Assembly: GCA_016748015.1 (NCBI GenBank)
Contig: JAAOMT010000723.1
Coordinates: 157,349 to 221,348, forward strand
DNA from: Geosiphon pyriformis uo1
Lineage: Eukaryota > Fungi > Glomeromycota
Length of the DNA: 64,000 nt
Direction: 5' to 3'
Below are positions 13,808 to 27,099 of this stretch, in pieces. The position numbers and the translations under genes were made by a program. How positions within the stretch are numbered: position 1 is the first letter of the stretch; each line of letters opens with the position of its first letter. The notes beneath the pieces are model-generated. The model was given only the letters and a program-made list of their open reading frames with translations. It was not told where the DNA came from and did not search any database.

Positions 13808-16146
13808 TATAATACATTTATATTTGAATCTTGAGATAAAAATTTATTACTTTAATATAATTTTTATTTTTCTTATATATATATATATATAATATATTAA
13901 CTTTTATCAATACTTTCTAATCATTTTTCGCGAAATATGATTTATGCCCATACATTTTATTGAGTCCTCTTTGATTTTCCTAAGATTTTCCAATTATGAA
14001 CTTCCCTAATTGAACAAAACACAAATAACTTTGTATCCCTTTTTTTATGGTAATTCCAAGCCCATTAAGTTCATTTCATTTAAACACTATGTCTTTCATT
14101 GTAAATGTAGCAGATAAAAATTTATACATTTTGTAAATATAGTTTTAGGATATTTTTTGTTTCTAATTTAAGTAAAAATTATTTGTATTTAGTTGTAACT
14201 AAGTTTTTTTAACATTTCAAACGTAAATAAAACAAAATTCTCGAGACCAAGTTAAATCTGTAAATATATGACTGTACGTATAAAGTAATTAAACAATAAC
14301 AGGTTTGAAATGAAAATTGAATTTTAATATCTTGAGTTCCATGGTTTTTACCTGGGTAATTGAAACAGTTGAAAGATATAGGTGACAACATGCCGACTTT
14401 GGGGAAGAAATAATATTTTGCCGATACCCATTTAATAACATTTTTCTTCAACATATTTCCGATGACATTTTAGTGTTTCATATTTGTATAGATAAAAAGT
14501 AGTCATAAATCTTGCAGCTTAAATAGAAATTTTCGCTTAAAGAATCTCTACTTTGCTCAAAATACGGTATATTTATATAAAGTTTTTTTTTTTTTATAGA
14601 AAAATTTGTCTCATTTAATTTAAAATTAATTAGACTACAGATATAACCAGGCAAGAAAAATCCTAAACCATCAATTCCTCGTAACTCGTATTTAGCAAAT
14701 GAATTAGGAATTTTAATGATTAGGATGGTGGAGACAACACAATGAGTTTTAAATTAAAAAATGTTTCTAAAATAGCATTTTAAGTTACAAATCTCTATTA
14801 AACATTCAATTGTGAATAAAGGTGAATATTTGAAATTTAGAGAAATTTCATTTACACATGGAAACTTGACTAGTAATAAAAGATGGTTAAAAAATTTTCA
14901 ACCTTGCAAAAAAACAAAGTTCACATCGAATATTTAACTTTTTAACTTTTGCCTCTTTGCTATAACTGTTCATTAGATTTGTTTTAAGACTCGTGACTTT
15001 CATCTCATTAACTTCTTGAGACATTTCATTTTCTGATATATGGAAAACGAATATAAATATAAATATAAATATAAATTAAATATAAATTAAATATATCCAT
15101 TTTGGTCAATGTAGTCTTTGAATACGATTAATCATGATGGTAAAAAAAGTGTTAACCCTCGCGACAAAGACATTTATTGAAATTAGTAATAATAAAATTA
15201 TATAAAACAAAAAATCAATTTAAAAAATTGAATGATGATTTAGTGAAGAATTGTGGGATAATCAAGTTAATAATTTTTTTAATTAAATCAATGATTATTC
15301 ATATATAGCAATAACAAGAAGTTTGGTAATAATAGAAATCAGGATAAAAACTTGGCGAACTATAAGAATTTGCGATAAAATCAGAAATAAGTAAAAAATA
15401 ATTTATTTGAAAGCTATTTTTACTTTGATTCTCTGACCAAAATTCTTTTTAATAATTTTATAAATTTCTTTCTCACAAAGCTCTCATATAAACATATGAC
15501 TTTTATAAGCTTTTTTTGCTTCTTTGAGATTTTATATATTATTTATTTTTTTTAAATACCCTTTCTTTCTTTTTTTTTTTAAAATCTAAAATTACTTAAA
15601 TACAAGTAAAATTTTATTGATCTGCTTTTAATTTATTCTACATGTATTTTTCAAATATTTTTTTTATTGTACATGTACATTGGCTAGACTTTTAAAGATC
15701 AGCCTACTACCTAATCAATACATCAGGTATCACCCTCATGTATCAAAACAAAATACAAATGAGCAATTGGATTTTACCGAAAAAAAATAAAATAAAATAA
15801 AAAATCTTCCAAATAACTATAATCCATATGGATCAATTTTTTTGAGTCCCCAATCCAGTCCAAACAGGTTTGTGAAAAGCTAACTTATAAATTAAAAAAT
15901 AGCCCAAACGATAATTAGTTAAAACAACTAAATTATGGTGAAACGTTTCAAATGCTCCTTACGCTAAACTCCTAAGCTTTTGATATCTGTGTGTGATGAA
16001 TTATTGATTTTTTTCTCTTGAAATCAATTTTTTTAACTTTGGTTCCCCAAAATATTTATAAACGAAAACAAACCAACTTTATAATAGAATTTAAAGAGTG
16101 GTTACTCTCTTTAAAAGATATCCAAATTTTATTTAACTTCACAAAA

Positions 16147-16170
16147 ATGGAATCGGAATTTAATCAAATG

Positions 16171-16210
<40 letters not shown>

Positions 16211-17119
16211 TGTCGTGTTCATTATTAAATTCTTTTCAATACCAAAACCAACAATTTCAATCAAAATCATCACCATCTTTTGGCCCTCAACCTTTTCCAA
16301 ACCGTAATCACCACACACAAAGCTTATCAACCCTTCCACCAGAACTTCTTGCCGAAATTTGTAAATATCTACCACCATCCGATTTGATTTCCCTTTCACT
16401 AGTCTGTCATCGTCTACAAAATTTCCTTTGTGAACCATCCTCAAAAACAACACAAGCAATCTGGCGTGGTTCAAGATTATATTTTATCCCTAGATTACAT
16501 TTGGAACCACCCGAAGGAATGAACGAGAAATCTTATATCAGACTGAACGCATTAGAAGATGGATGTCAATTTTGTCGGATTCAGCATCCGGTCTTGATAA
16601 AAGTTTATTGGGCGTTTCGTGTACGAGCTTGTAAAACTTGTATTACTGTGAGAACTAAGGGGTATAAAATTTTTTTTGATAACTATCAAAAAATTGGAAT
16701 CTTTTTCATAATTTTTACTTCAATCTAAAATATATATCTCATTGTAATAATTTTTAAGACATAATGAATTATTAAATATTGACAAAATACCAGAATACAT
16801 CTTAAACTCACTGCCATACATTGGTCCTTACTCTACCCGTCTTTACTGGAGATCCGAAGTTAAATCCGTGTGGCAAGAATATTCACGGTTAAAATGTGAA
16901 GAAGATAAACATGATTGGTTAGTGGAAAAGAAATTGGATACTTCCCATCGAATGACAGAGACCACATTACGAGAGGATACAGCAATGGAACAAGAATGGA
17001 ATAAGAGTTGGGATTTTGTTCATAATCGATTGCGAGATGTATTGAGAAGATTAAATGAACAGTTGAGGTTGGTCGAGGAGTTGGCTAGCTCGAGGTTATC
17101 TACTAATGATGAAGTTTAG
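16147..17119 (+). CDS. F-box domain protein, paralog of 2467-3482 (exons 16147-16661, 16759-17119; ~291 aa)
   Basis: Canonical F-box LSTLPPELLAEICKYLPPSDLISLSLVCHRL, plus IWRGSR, PPEGMNE..Y, GCQFC, W.FRVRACKTC and RLYW. Intron 16662-16758 (gtataa...tttaag) restores the frame. Confidence 0.88.
16171..16209 (+). repeat. (TCA)13 coding microsatellite (poly-Ser)
   Basis: Perfect TCA run inside the N-terminus of the F-box CDS. Confidence 0.95.
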
Positions 17120-18474
17120 GGAAATTTGGTGAGTTGGGATTCAATGAATTTTTTATAGATTTTTTTGTTTTTTTTTTTGTTTTTTTTTTGTTTTTGTTTT
17201 GTTTTTGTTTTGTTTCAAAATTAGAAATATGGAAAATTCATAAATTTATTAATCAAATTTTTAAAAATGAATCGAAACATTCCACTCATATTAAAAAGAG
17301 AGAAGTTACTTTATACAATCAGTGACAACTAATTGAATGATTTCAAAATGATTTATCCAATTTTATTTTTTATCGATCAAAGAAGGAATTAAAATATTGA
17401 TTCGACATGAGGATGAAACATGAAAATGTCTTATGAAATTTTCAATCATCAAAGAAAATTGCTAAATATTTTTGACTTATTGCTTTCAAGATAATAAAGA
17501 ACAGAAACATGAGAAAAAAACATTTTTTAAAGTCCATCACTAAAAGACAGAGATTTTTATAATTATTCTCTAAAGTTTTAATAAAAAAATTTACAACGTG
17601 ATATGAAATTCTGGAGAATTTTGATATAGATATTTTGAATTTTCAGATTCAAATATTTCCAAGATTTCATATTTGAGGACTACCAAATAAATTTGAATGA
17701 ATTCACAAAAATAAAAATATTTTTCATAGGAGAATTGTTCGATCAAATAGAATACCTTTCTAATTCCTCACAAACAATTTAATTGAGAATAAATTTTTTT
17801 AGTCATTTCATTGAATCATCTTTGAAAAAATTTAATAATAATAACTTTTATATTCTCTTGCCTATTCCTTTGATGGCTGAAATAATATTATTATTATTAT
17901 ATTTTTGGAAAAAATAAATCTATTGTAATCTTTTAATATCTTTTTACCTCTTAAACAATTGCCATGAATTTCCATGAATTTCCATGATCAAAATAAGATT
18001 ATGAAATTCGATTATTTGGTATTAATAATAAATGGATAGTTTCGATGGCGAATAAATTCTCGATTAGAAAAAATGATATTACGATGAAAAATTATTCAAG
18101 AATATCTTATTCAATTATAGTCAAATCTGGAAAAAGAATAAAACTTTATAAAAGATTTTTTATTATTAAAATAAATATGTCCCATAATTCGCTTTATATT
18201 ATTCTGAACGTAAATAATAACCTGGGATACACAAATTAATAAGAAAAAATTAGTCCGTTAGTTATTTCAATATCTTTTTTTTCTAATTCCCAATCATCGA
18301 TATTGTTTGTCACACGGACTAGATTAATATTATTATTTGATCTAAAGAATATTCACATAAAATTTTCAAAAGCATAAACAAAAAGGTTTTATGGCTCTCA
18401 TTCTTTAGACATTTTTTTTTATTTTTTATAAGTAAAGAAAAATTGGAAGAGAAAGGACTTTTCAAATGAAAGAA

Positions 18475-18510
<36 letters not shown>
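18475..18510. repeat. (ATT)n microsatellite
   Basis: Read directly from the sequence. Confidence 0.9.
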
Positions 18511-18512
<2 letters not shown>

Positions 18513-18766
18513 GTATATGTATATGAAAATTTTTTAATCTTTTAGTCTCAAATTAATTAATTAATTAAAAAAAAAACTTTTTTTATCTCTTTGAGACAGA
18601 TTTTTTTTCAAAGAATTTTTTCTAATTTGGGTTTTACCTACATAACCAAAAATTAATAGAAGAAAAAACGGTCGAACAAGAAATTGATCTAAAATTAAAA
18701 TTTATTTATTTAAAAAATTTTGTTTATTTAATTTTCAAATATTTTAAATTTCATTTTGAGTAATAT

Positions 18767-18826
18767 ATTGATTGATTGATTGATTGATTAATTAATTAAT
18801 TAATTAATTAATTAATTAATTAATTG
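18767..18826. repeat. Compound (ATTG)n(ATTA)n microsatellite
   Basis: Read directly from the sequence. Confidence 0.9.
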
Positions 18827-19886
18827 AAGTGAACTTCTTTCTGGTGATAAAATATGATAAAGTTTGAAAGTAGTATTAAAGAGATTATATATATATGTTT
18901 TATTTTCTGATCTTAGAATAAAATTTTATAATATTAAAAAAAAAAATTATTAGTCATTTAATGTGAATTCATATAAAAATCCATTTTTTATATTTTATGC
19001 ATAAATTTATTAATTACAAAGTTTAAACTTTTTTTGAAAATTTACAGTTTAATTAATTTCAATATATATATATATATATAATTTATAAGAATTTTAATTA
19101 AAAATATTATTTATATATAATATTATATTAAAATTAACTTAAAAATTAACTTGATTTATTTTTTATTTTATAAAAAAAAATAAGTTAATAAATAAATAAA
19201 TATTTTAATATTTTTTTTTTTTACCTTTTACATATAGTAATCATTTTAAAATTTATATATTCAAAAATTTGTCTATTTAAAAATAAAAATACTTAATTAT
19301 TATTATTCATAATAACTGTGTTAACTATTTCTTTTTATGCAAGAAGAAAGTTATTAATTGCATAATGAAACATTTTTGTTTGCTCAAAAAAAAAATAATA
19401 AAATAATAAAAGTCATCATTTTTAGCTTTTTAAACGTGAAAATCTCAGAATGGATTACAAAATCATCTTTTTAAGTTAGCAAAAAAAAAAAAAAAAAAAT
19501 TTCAATAATGCAATATTACATATTCGGCCATTTTTATTCAGACTACGAATAATATTAAAAGGTAGTCTAGACATAATCGGATTCATACATTAATTAAGGC
19601 ATAAATAGAGATGTGAAAAAAAAATGTGTGTGAGAAAAAAAAGTTCTTTAATAATTTTATTTCTATAAATTTCTCCCTTCAAAAAAATCATTAAATGCAA
19701 AAAAAGATTTCGACATATAAAAATATTCAATATTCGAATCATGCGTATCTTTCAGTTCTCTCAATCTTTTTATGAAAAAAATTGAGGAAAGATTTCATAA
19801 ATATTATGGACCTCTCTGAAAATCACTAAATGAATTTCAAACACATGTAATAAAGTTTTTTTTTACATTACTCTTTTACCAAATTA

Positions 19887-19890
<4 letters not shown>

Positions 19891-19923
<33 letters not shown>
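19891..19923. repeat. (AAT)n microsatellite
   Basis: Read directly from the sequence. Confidence 0.9.
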
Positions 19924-19924
<1 letters not shown>

Positions 19925-20350
19925 TGAAAATCTTTCTCTTACTAAATCATTCCAACTTTATATTTGTTTGTTTTTTTAAGAACATTCTGGACTCTTTTTG
20001 GAATACGAGAACAGAAACTCTTTGTACCAAATTCTAGCTTTTGCTTTTTTTGGACTTTTAAATAGACTACTTATTAGGTATTGTATTCCTTTTTAACTAT
20101 TAATAAAGGTAAAAACTAACCCAATTGATGTATAATTTTCGAAAATTATATGTTCTAATTGGATTTCCTATCGCGGTTTCTTTGTATCTTTGAAATCAAA
20201 AAAATGTTTCGGGAAAAACCCTAGAAAATAGAGTTAGATAGGGTTCAAGTTTTAATTTTCTCTTTCAAAAATTTAAAAGTGTCCAGATGACCGTTGCTTG
20301 AAAAAAAAAAAAATTTTAAAGATTAATCCGAACACGATATGATATTATTC

Positions 20351-20450
20351 TCAGGTCAGGTCAGTTCAGTTCAGTTCAGTTCAGTTCAGTTCAGTTCAGT
20401 TCAGTTCAGTTCAGTTCAGTTCAGTTCAGTTCAGTTCAGTTCAGTTCAGG
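20351..20450. repeat. (TTCAG)n pentanucleotide array with GTCAG variants at both ends
   Basis: About 20 tandem pentamers; they generate the spurious SSVQF ORF. Confidence 0.95.
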
Positions 20451-20682
20451 TCATGTCCAGGTCGGGTCAGATGAAGTTTCCTCGGTTTTTCCCACAGGCT
20501 GCCGAATTTTCCATGTTTGGTTTAGCCATTGAGATTTTTTAGAAATTCACATGATTTTGAGTAATTTTTTTAATTAGAGATTTTGAACTATTTTCTTTGA
20601 TTGACAACGGGAAATAGATGAAATCTTTCTTGAAATTTCAGGAAATTTCATTACTTTTCTCAAAAACTTTCTTTATATACTT

Positions 20683-20713
<31 letters not shown>

Positions 20714-20720
20714 CTTTATC

Positions 20721-20759
<39 letters not shown>

Positions 20760-20768
20760 CTCTCTCTC
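20683..20768. repeat. (CT)n/(CTTT)n polypyrimidine tract upstream of the Dma1-like gene
   Basis: Read directly from the sequence. Confidence 0.9.
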
Positions 20769-21362
20769 AATCAATTTGTTGTTGTCGTTTTTCAGCTATT
20801 ACTTAACAAGTATATTTTTGATTGCCTGCATATTATTTTTAATTCCTTAAAAAAGAAAATTCATCTGTCATCTCTAAATAAAACGCAGTGTTTAAATTAG
20901 GTAACTTCAACTGTGCCCCTCGTTTCCTATTTTTAAATTTTTTATCACTAATAAAATTTTTAAGTTATGCAAATAATCGTAAGCAAAATAGTTTATTCAA
21001 AAAAAAAAAAAAAAAAAATTTAATCTTTATTACGAGTTGAACAAAACGAACTCTTCGATTTTTTTTTTTGGTTCGAATAATCCTCAACCCCAACCCCCGA
21101 CGTTTAATAATAAATATCACAACTGCCTTATACATTTGTCAACCTCATTGGTTAATATGAGAATCAAATTCAAACTTCTAAAAATTATCATGTGATGTAA
21201 TATGTCGTACTTCGGGGTTATGTATTAAAAGGGTTACACCTCTGTGTTATGATTGTGATCCCGTATTTATTACGGTAGGTCTCAGCCCATTCTTCGAATT
21301 CAAGGAAAAATTTGTTGTCAACAATAAGCAATTGACAACCTTCAAGTAACTGAACTCCTCCC

Positions 21363-23362
21363 ATGGCAGCTCCCATAAAGAATTCCAACCCGTCTCCGCA
21401 ACAACATCAAATACCCCCTCCGCAACAAGATCAAATACCCTCTATTCGTATAGTACCTCATATTGATGGACCTCGCTCTCTACACTTTGACATCATCGGG
21501 CGAGAAGTACCAGAAGGCTCTATAATTAAGATTGGCCGTTTCACTGACAAAACACATTTCCCTAATAGGGTAACCTTTAAAAGTAAAGTAGTGTCTAGAG
21601 GTCATGCTGAAATTTGGTGGGAAAGTGGAAAGGTACGCAATCTTTAACTCTGTGCTGTTAAAGGCACATATTCCCGGACTACCCACATCTGGGTTTCCTT
21701 GAAATAATGTCCAGAGTTTAAGAAAAAGGATTTCAAATTACAATAAAAAAATATAAAAAAAATTTTTTTCTACATTTTCTCGATTTTTCAAATTAATTTG
21801 TGATTTTTTCTTGTTTCTACACTAAAAGTTTTTTATTAAAGATACAAAGTCTTCGTCAGGCACTTTTTTGAACCATGTGCGATTATCATCTCCAAATCAA
21901 GAAAGCAAGCCTTATGCACTAAAGGATGGCGATGTTATTCAACTCGGTGTTGATTATCAGGGGGGCACCGAAGGTCAAGATTTTTTCTAAAATTACTCTT
22001 AAAATGTATCTTCAACTTCGAATCTTTCAACTTATATTTCTCCTCTTCCTCAATCCCCTTCCCCACAGAGATATATCGTTGTGTAAAGATGCGTATTGAA
22101 TTGAATCGATCATGGCAACGAAAAATTAACCCTTTTAAGTATGCTGCCTCAACTTTTTTTCATGAACATTCCTTCATTTTCCATTTATCAGATATTTCTT
22201 CATTTTTAGCTTGAACGCCTTGAGACAGGTTAAACAATTAACTGGACCAGATGCTTTCAAACATCAGACAACAGATTGCTGTATATGTCTTTGCAGTATT
22301 GGTCCTTGTCAAGCTTTATTTATCGCTCCATGTTCTCATGTCTTCCACTATAACTGCATAAGACCTATCCTAGTTGATCATCATCCCGGATTTTTATGCC
22401 CGCTTTGCCGAAGTTTTGCTGATCTTGAGGCAAGTACTGAGAATGCAATAGACTGGGAACAAGCACTAGCTGAGCAAGAGGAGGCAGCAAAAAAGGAAAC
22501 TGAGGGCATAAAATCAAATAAAATTCAGAATCAGAATGCACCAGTGGAAAAATCTTTAAATCAAATAAAAATTGACCTAGCTACACCCATTCCTGCAACC
22601 AACAACACTGTCACTGCTCCAGCCTCGCAAACACAGCTACAAATAGAGCCATCAGTAGTTAAAACAAAAGTCCTTCTCCCAAATAATAATGCTATCCCCA
22701 AACAATTAGATCCAATTCAAATCAATTCTCATTTGCTCACTCAAGAAGAAATCAAATTGTTCCTGAGTCCTCCAAATCGAATTCCGTCTAGTGGGTCGCC
22801 CACGCCTCCACTTCAGTCATCTGTAATTCTGATACCTAGAAATAACAAAAAATCACATACGGAAGATCATGATGAAAATGGAATCATGTTAGCCCGCACT
22901 TTGCCATCTAGTCCACCCCAAAATTCAAGTCTAGGTTTTTTCGATGATAACATGGATAGTGGTCCATCATCTCCTGCAAATCTACCAATACCTACGAATA
23001 GAGAGAGAGTAGACGGCTTGGGTGGGATTGTTGAAGAAGATGAAGGTTCAATGAGTTCCTCATCTTCCGGTCCATCAGGGCGGTTTCATCGAGAAAATCG
23101 CCTGAATATGTCTGCGACGTCAGTTCAAGATTTATCGTCTTCATCAGCAAGTGTTAGTGATAATGATGATGATGCCCTTCAAGCAAGTTTGCAGTTTGGT
23201 AACGATTTAGATAACGCATGCAGCAATTATAATTTAGTAACAGAAGATGATGGGCTAGAAAACGGTTTTGTTGAAGTTACAAACGTAAATAGCCCGACTG
23301 AACGAGTTAAAGGGAAAGGAGTGGAACGGTCAGGGCTGGAACGAAAAGAGAATATTCTATAA
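21363..23362 (+). CDS. DMA1: FHA + RING-H2 E3 ubiquitin ligase, Dma1/Dma2 (Chfr-like) family (exons 21363-21632, 21829-21973, 22069-22138, 22210-23362; ~545 aa)
   Basis: FHA motifs IGRFTD, FKSKVVSRGHAEIW, FIKDTKSSSGTFLNHVRL and LKDGDVIQLGVDYQGGTEEIYRCVKMRIELN. RING CCICL...ALFIAPCSHVFHYNCIRP...FLCPLCR. Three GT-AG introns keep the frame; the C-terminus is low complexity. Confidence 0.93.
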
Positions 23363-24908
23363 GGAAATTTCATACTGAAAGCACCCTGACATGGAAAGAT
23401 TATCTGCTCATTTATTTGGACTTTATAGCAGATTTTACATATTTTTTATGTATAATTGTAAAATGCAACGACTCATTTCTTATAACCCTTGTTGGCTTAC
23501 ATTAATTAATATCAGGTTATTTTGAAAAAATTATAGTTGTTTTGATTTCCTCTTTTTCCCTTTTTATCCCTTTATCCCTTTGGCTTGGCTTTTATATAAG
23601 TTCTCTACTGTCTCCTTTTTGCTCTTCGTTTAATGATTTTTTCCATTGAATCCTTTGGATCACATGCTTCGATTATTATTTTTTTGATTGAACTCAGAGC
23701 AATGAAGTGAAGTGAAGTGAAGAAAAGAAGCTAAGCTGGGGGTCATCGCGGGATCTTATTGAGAATTGTCGTTCTATATAAGAAAGCGCGATGGACGACT
23801 ACTCATCATCCCCATTTAACTACTGAAAATTCATTTCAACTACTACTCTACACTATTTTCTCATCTTTTTTTTCTAAACAACCTTTGTTTTCGTAGCTTT
23901 TGCTTGATTATTACATTGTTAAAAATACACATTCTATACTTGAATATATTACACACAAACTTCTATCATATTTCGTTAGTGATTCGTGCGCAACAAATTA
24001 GCTGAAGAGAGGATTTTAATGAGTCCGAGAGTTTTATATCCAAAGAGCCATCTGGGCAATATTTCCTAGGTAAATCTTTTGAGGTCAAAGAAATCCTATT
24101 TCAATATGTCAGACTGCCCTTGGTACAATATTATTAGATGATCATATCACAGATCAGCTATTTCACGGAATCTTTATCAAATGGGAATATTATGTTCCAA
24201 GGAAACAAGAAAAGGCTCCAAACTTTGACTACTTTAAAAATTTACCCGTGAGATTATTTGGCTCGAAGGGATAATTATCGAATCCCTTTTTTGATACGGC
24301 AAAATTATTTCATCAGATAGGGGAATTAATCGGAAATTAGTTGATATATGCTAATAATCTAATTATAGTTTGAAGCATCGGAGAATCTAAAGCGATCGAA
24401 ATAAGCGTGGGAATGCGCCAAGATGATCGCATTTTAGATAAAGATTTTATGTTCAACGAGACTTATTTGTGCATTCTTTGTGCAAGGATGTCAGAAACGT
24501 CATATCGCGCTTCGAGCTTTATTTTAGATGGTTTACCCACAGAAACAAATTAACTTTAGATTTTCAATGCACTATTTTTTACATTATATTCAGAAACCCA
24601 TTGTTATTTATTTATTTTTTTTTTTGACAAAAATTCATCAAATTTAGTCATTTATATATATATAATTTGAAAAGTTTTAAAATAAAAGAAAAAATAATTA
24701 GATAAATATGATTTTGGTATTGAGAATTATTTAAAATTTTCAAATAAGCATAACCTAATTTTCTACTTATTTTGACAAGACAATAAATTTAAAATTTACA
24801 AGTTATATTTTTAAAATGAAAATCTCAATTAATAATACAATATATTCATTTTGAAAGTAATAAAAAATCTCTGGAATTGAAAAAACCCATAAGAAACACA
24901 AATTTAAT

Positions 24909-24992
<84 letters not shown>
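24909..24992. repeat. Compound (AAC)n(AAT)n microsatellite
   Basis: Read directly from the sequence; it explains the poly-Leu ORF on the - strand. Confidence 0.95.
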
Positions 24993-24996
<4 letters not shown>

Positions 24997-25991
24997 CTAA
25001 AATAAAAGTTTTAATATAGTAATTACAATAAGTTCTCATTGATTGCTTTGTTAACTAACTATATTTTATGAAAACAACTAAAATTTCTCATCATAGTTCA
25101 TTCATTACTTGAAACTTATTTGTATTTCTCAATGAAGTTTGTTTTCATTTTAAAATAGTTAGAATCCTTTTTACTGGAAAAAGGACGCCTCCCCCATCTT
25201 GCCACTTTTTTTGATTAATGACATCATATAAGAAACAATACTTTAAATTACCCTTTTGTATTACTACTGGTTTTTCTCCGGTTTCTCGGCCATTTTGAGA
25301 AAAAAGATCTAAGCCTGGTGATTCTTCTTTGATGACCAATTAAGACACACACACACACACAATTATTTTCTCCTATTAGAATTCCCAAATCTTCGGTTTT
25401 TAAGGTTGATTAATCAGAAGATCGAGCAAAAATTTAGACTATTATGCTTAAAAACCAGAAAAAAGAGAAGCCATGACCAATCATGGGAAAGACTGTTGTT
25501 TTTGTGATTTTAAAAAAATCATAGAAAACAAGTGTTATTTAAAATAGTGAAACTATTTTTAATATTGGTTGAAACCTGGGTAAAAGGAGTTCGGCGTGTT
25601 TCATTGTTCACCACCCGAAATCAAACATCATAATTACGCAAAAACAAGTTTTTATTATAAAAATGCGAACAGGAATTGAATTATATAGCTTATTCAGATT
25701 TCCAATTTCACGTTTTTCGTGATTTTTTTTTTTGAACACTTAAATACGAATATAGTAATAGTGTTACCCCCAAATTCTCTTAGAGATCATCACCCCCCAC
25801 TACCAGTCAGATGTTTAAAATTCGAGGTGGGACCCCCTTATTTTTTTCGTATAAAACTGAGGTTGATTGGTTATTGTAATCGTATTTAATTAATACATCT
25901 CATACTGATAAAAACTGAATAAATTTTAAAAGCGAATAGTAAATTAGAGAAAACTACGATAAAAATTAAAAGAAATCACACAAAGGCAAAT

Positions 25992-27099
25992 ATGAAGTTC
26001 GGATACGCTATTCGTAAGTTTTTTAAAGTCTATCAATTTGAGAAATACAAGAAACGAAAAGAATTTTTTGTACCTTTTTAACTTAAATATTTATTAGAAC
26101 ATTTTTTAACTTTACTCTCTCTCCATTAATCTTTCAGAATCAGGGACACCTGGGAACGCAACCAATACGCGTATAATACTTCCAGAAAAATTGGAAAAAG
26201 TACGTCTAACACCAACAAATTCAAAGTTTATTTTCTATGGAACACGCAATGAAATTCTTGAATGGATGTTACTTAATGATAACCTTACCGTGGAATATGA
26301 TCCGATGGAAGGTGTTCTTTCACCACCCTGTTCTCCATCACTAAACCCTTTCTTATCATCACCAATGGCAGACAGACGTACATCATCTGAATCAAATTCT
26401 TCAGATGGTTCTCAGACCTCAACAACAACACGAACAAAACCTCCTTATCTAACTTTTGATTTATACGGTCAATCAATCAAGAATACTCCATTGTTATCAG
26501 ATGATATCGTATTTTGTCGTCCATTACATTTAGCCGTGAATCATTTACCATGGTTAAATATATTGCTTGAGATACGACCAACAGATCCAAAAAGAGACGC
26601 AAAATATACTCCAGTAAAAAGAGTGATATTACCTTCAGGTCTTTCAATGTACGAAATTTCAAAAGCATTAGAAAAATGCTGGCGAAATCCTATTCCACAT
26701 TCCCTTGGATTATTTCAACGACCACCTCCATCTGAACGTGAAAACCAAAATTCCAGTGATTTCGAAGAAAATAATCCGTTATTAGATTGGTTAGCACATC
26801 ATAAATCGTCCACGTTCCCAACACCAACAATCTTTTCACGATGGCAACATAAAAATTCAATTATACCACCTGGTGTTTTGACTCCCTATATCTATGATGA
26901 GGTTATGCAAGATCAAGAACTTGTGGAAAGCAAATCAATAGAAGCTGGGCAAAGTCGTGATCAAAAAAAAGAACTTGCAAATGAAGAAAAGAATGAATTA
27001 AATATAACTGATTTACCAAGATATGAAAATGTTAATGAGGATAGGTTGTTAGAGATGGGTGATGCATATATTGATGAAAAGTTAGGTTCTACTAGTTAG
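25992..27099 (+). CDS. Hypothetical protein (micro-exon 25992-26013 + exon 26138-27099; ~327 aa)
   Basis: 302-codon open frame with gene-like CpG content. Upstream ATG..ATT C|gtaagt donor and a pyrimidine-rich ctttcag acceptor splice in frame. No domain recognised. Confidence 0.7.

Noticed and set aside
20351-20450. Telomere-like repeat
   Set aside because: The unit is TTCAG rather than TTAGGG-type, and the array is short and internal.
20339-20806. ORFs 20339-20542 and 20618-20806
   Set aside because: They are translations of the (TTCAG)n and CT-rich microsatellites.
23980-24540. Higher-complexity stretch after DMA1 with a 63-codon open frame (24083-24274)
   Set aside because: No ATG, no recognisable motif and no convincing splice model; it could be UTR.
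24803-25039. Poly-Leu ORF (also the poly-Met ORF at 16160-16474)
   Set aside because: Antisense readings of trinucleotide repeats.
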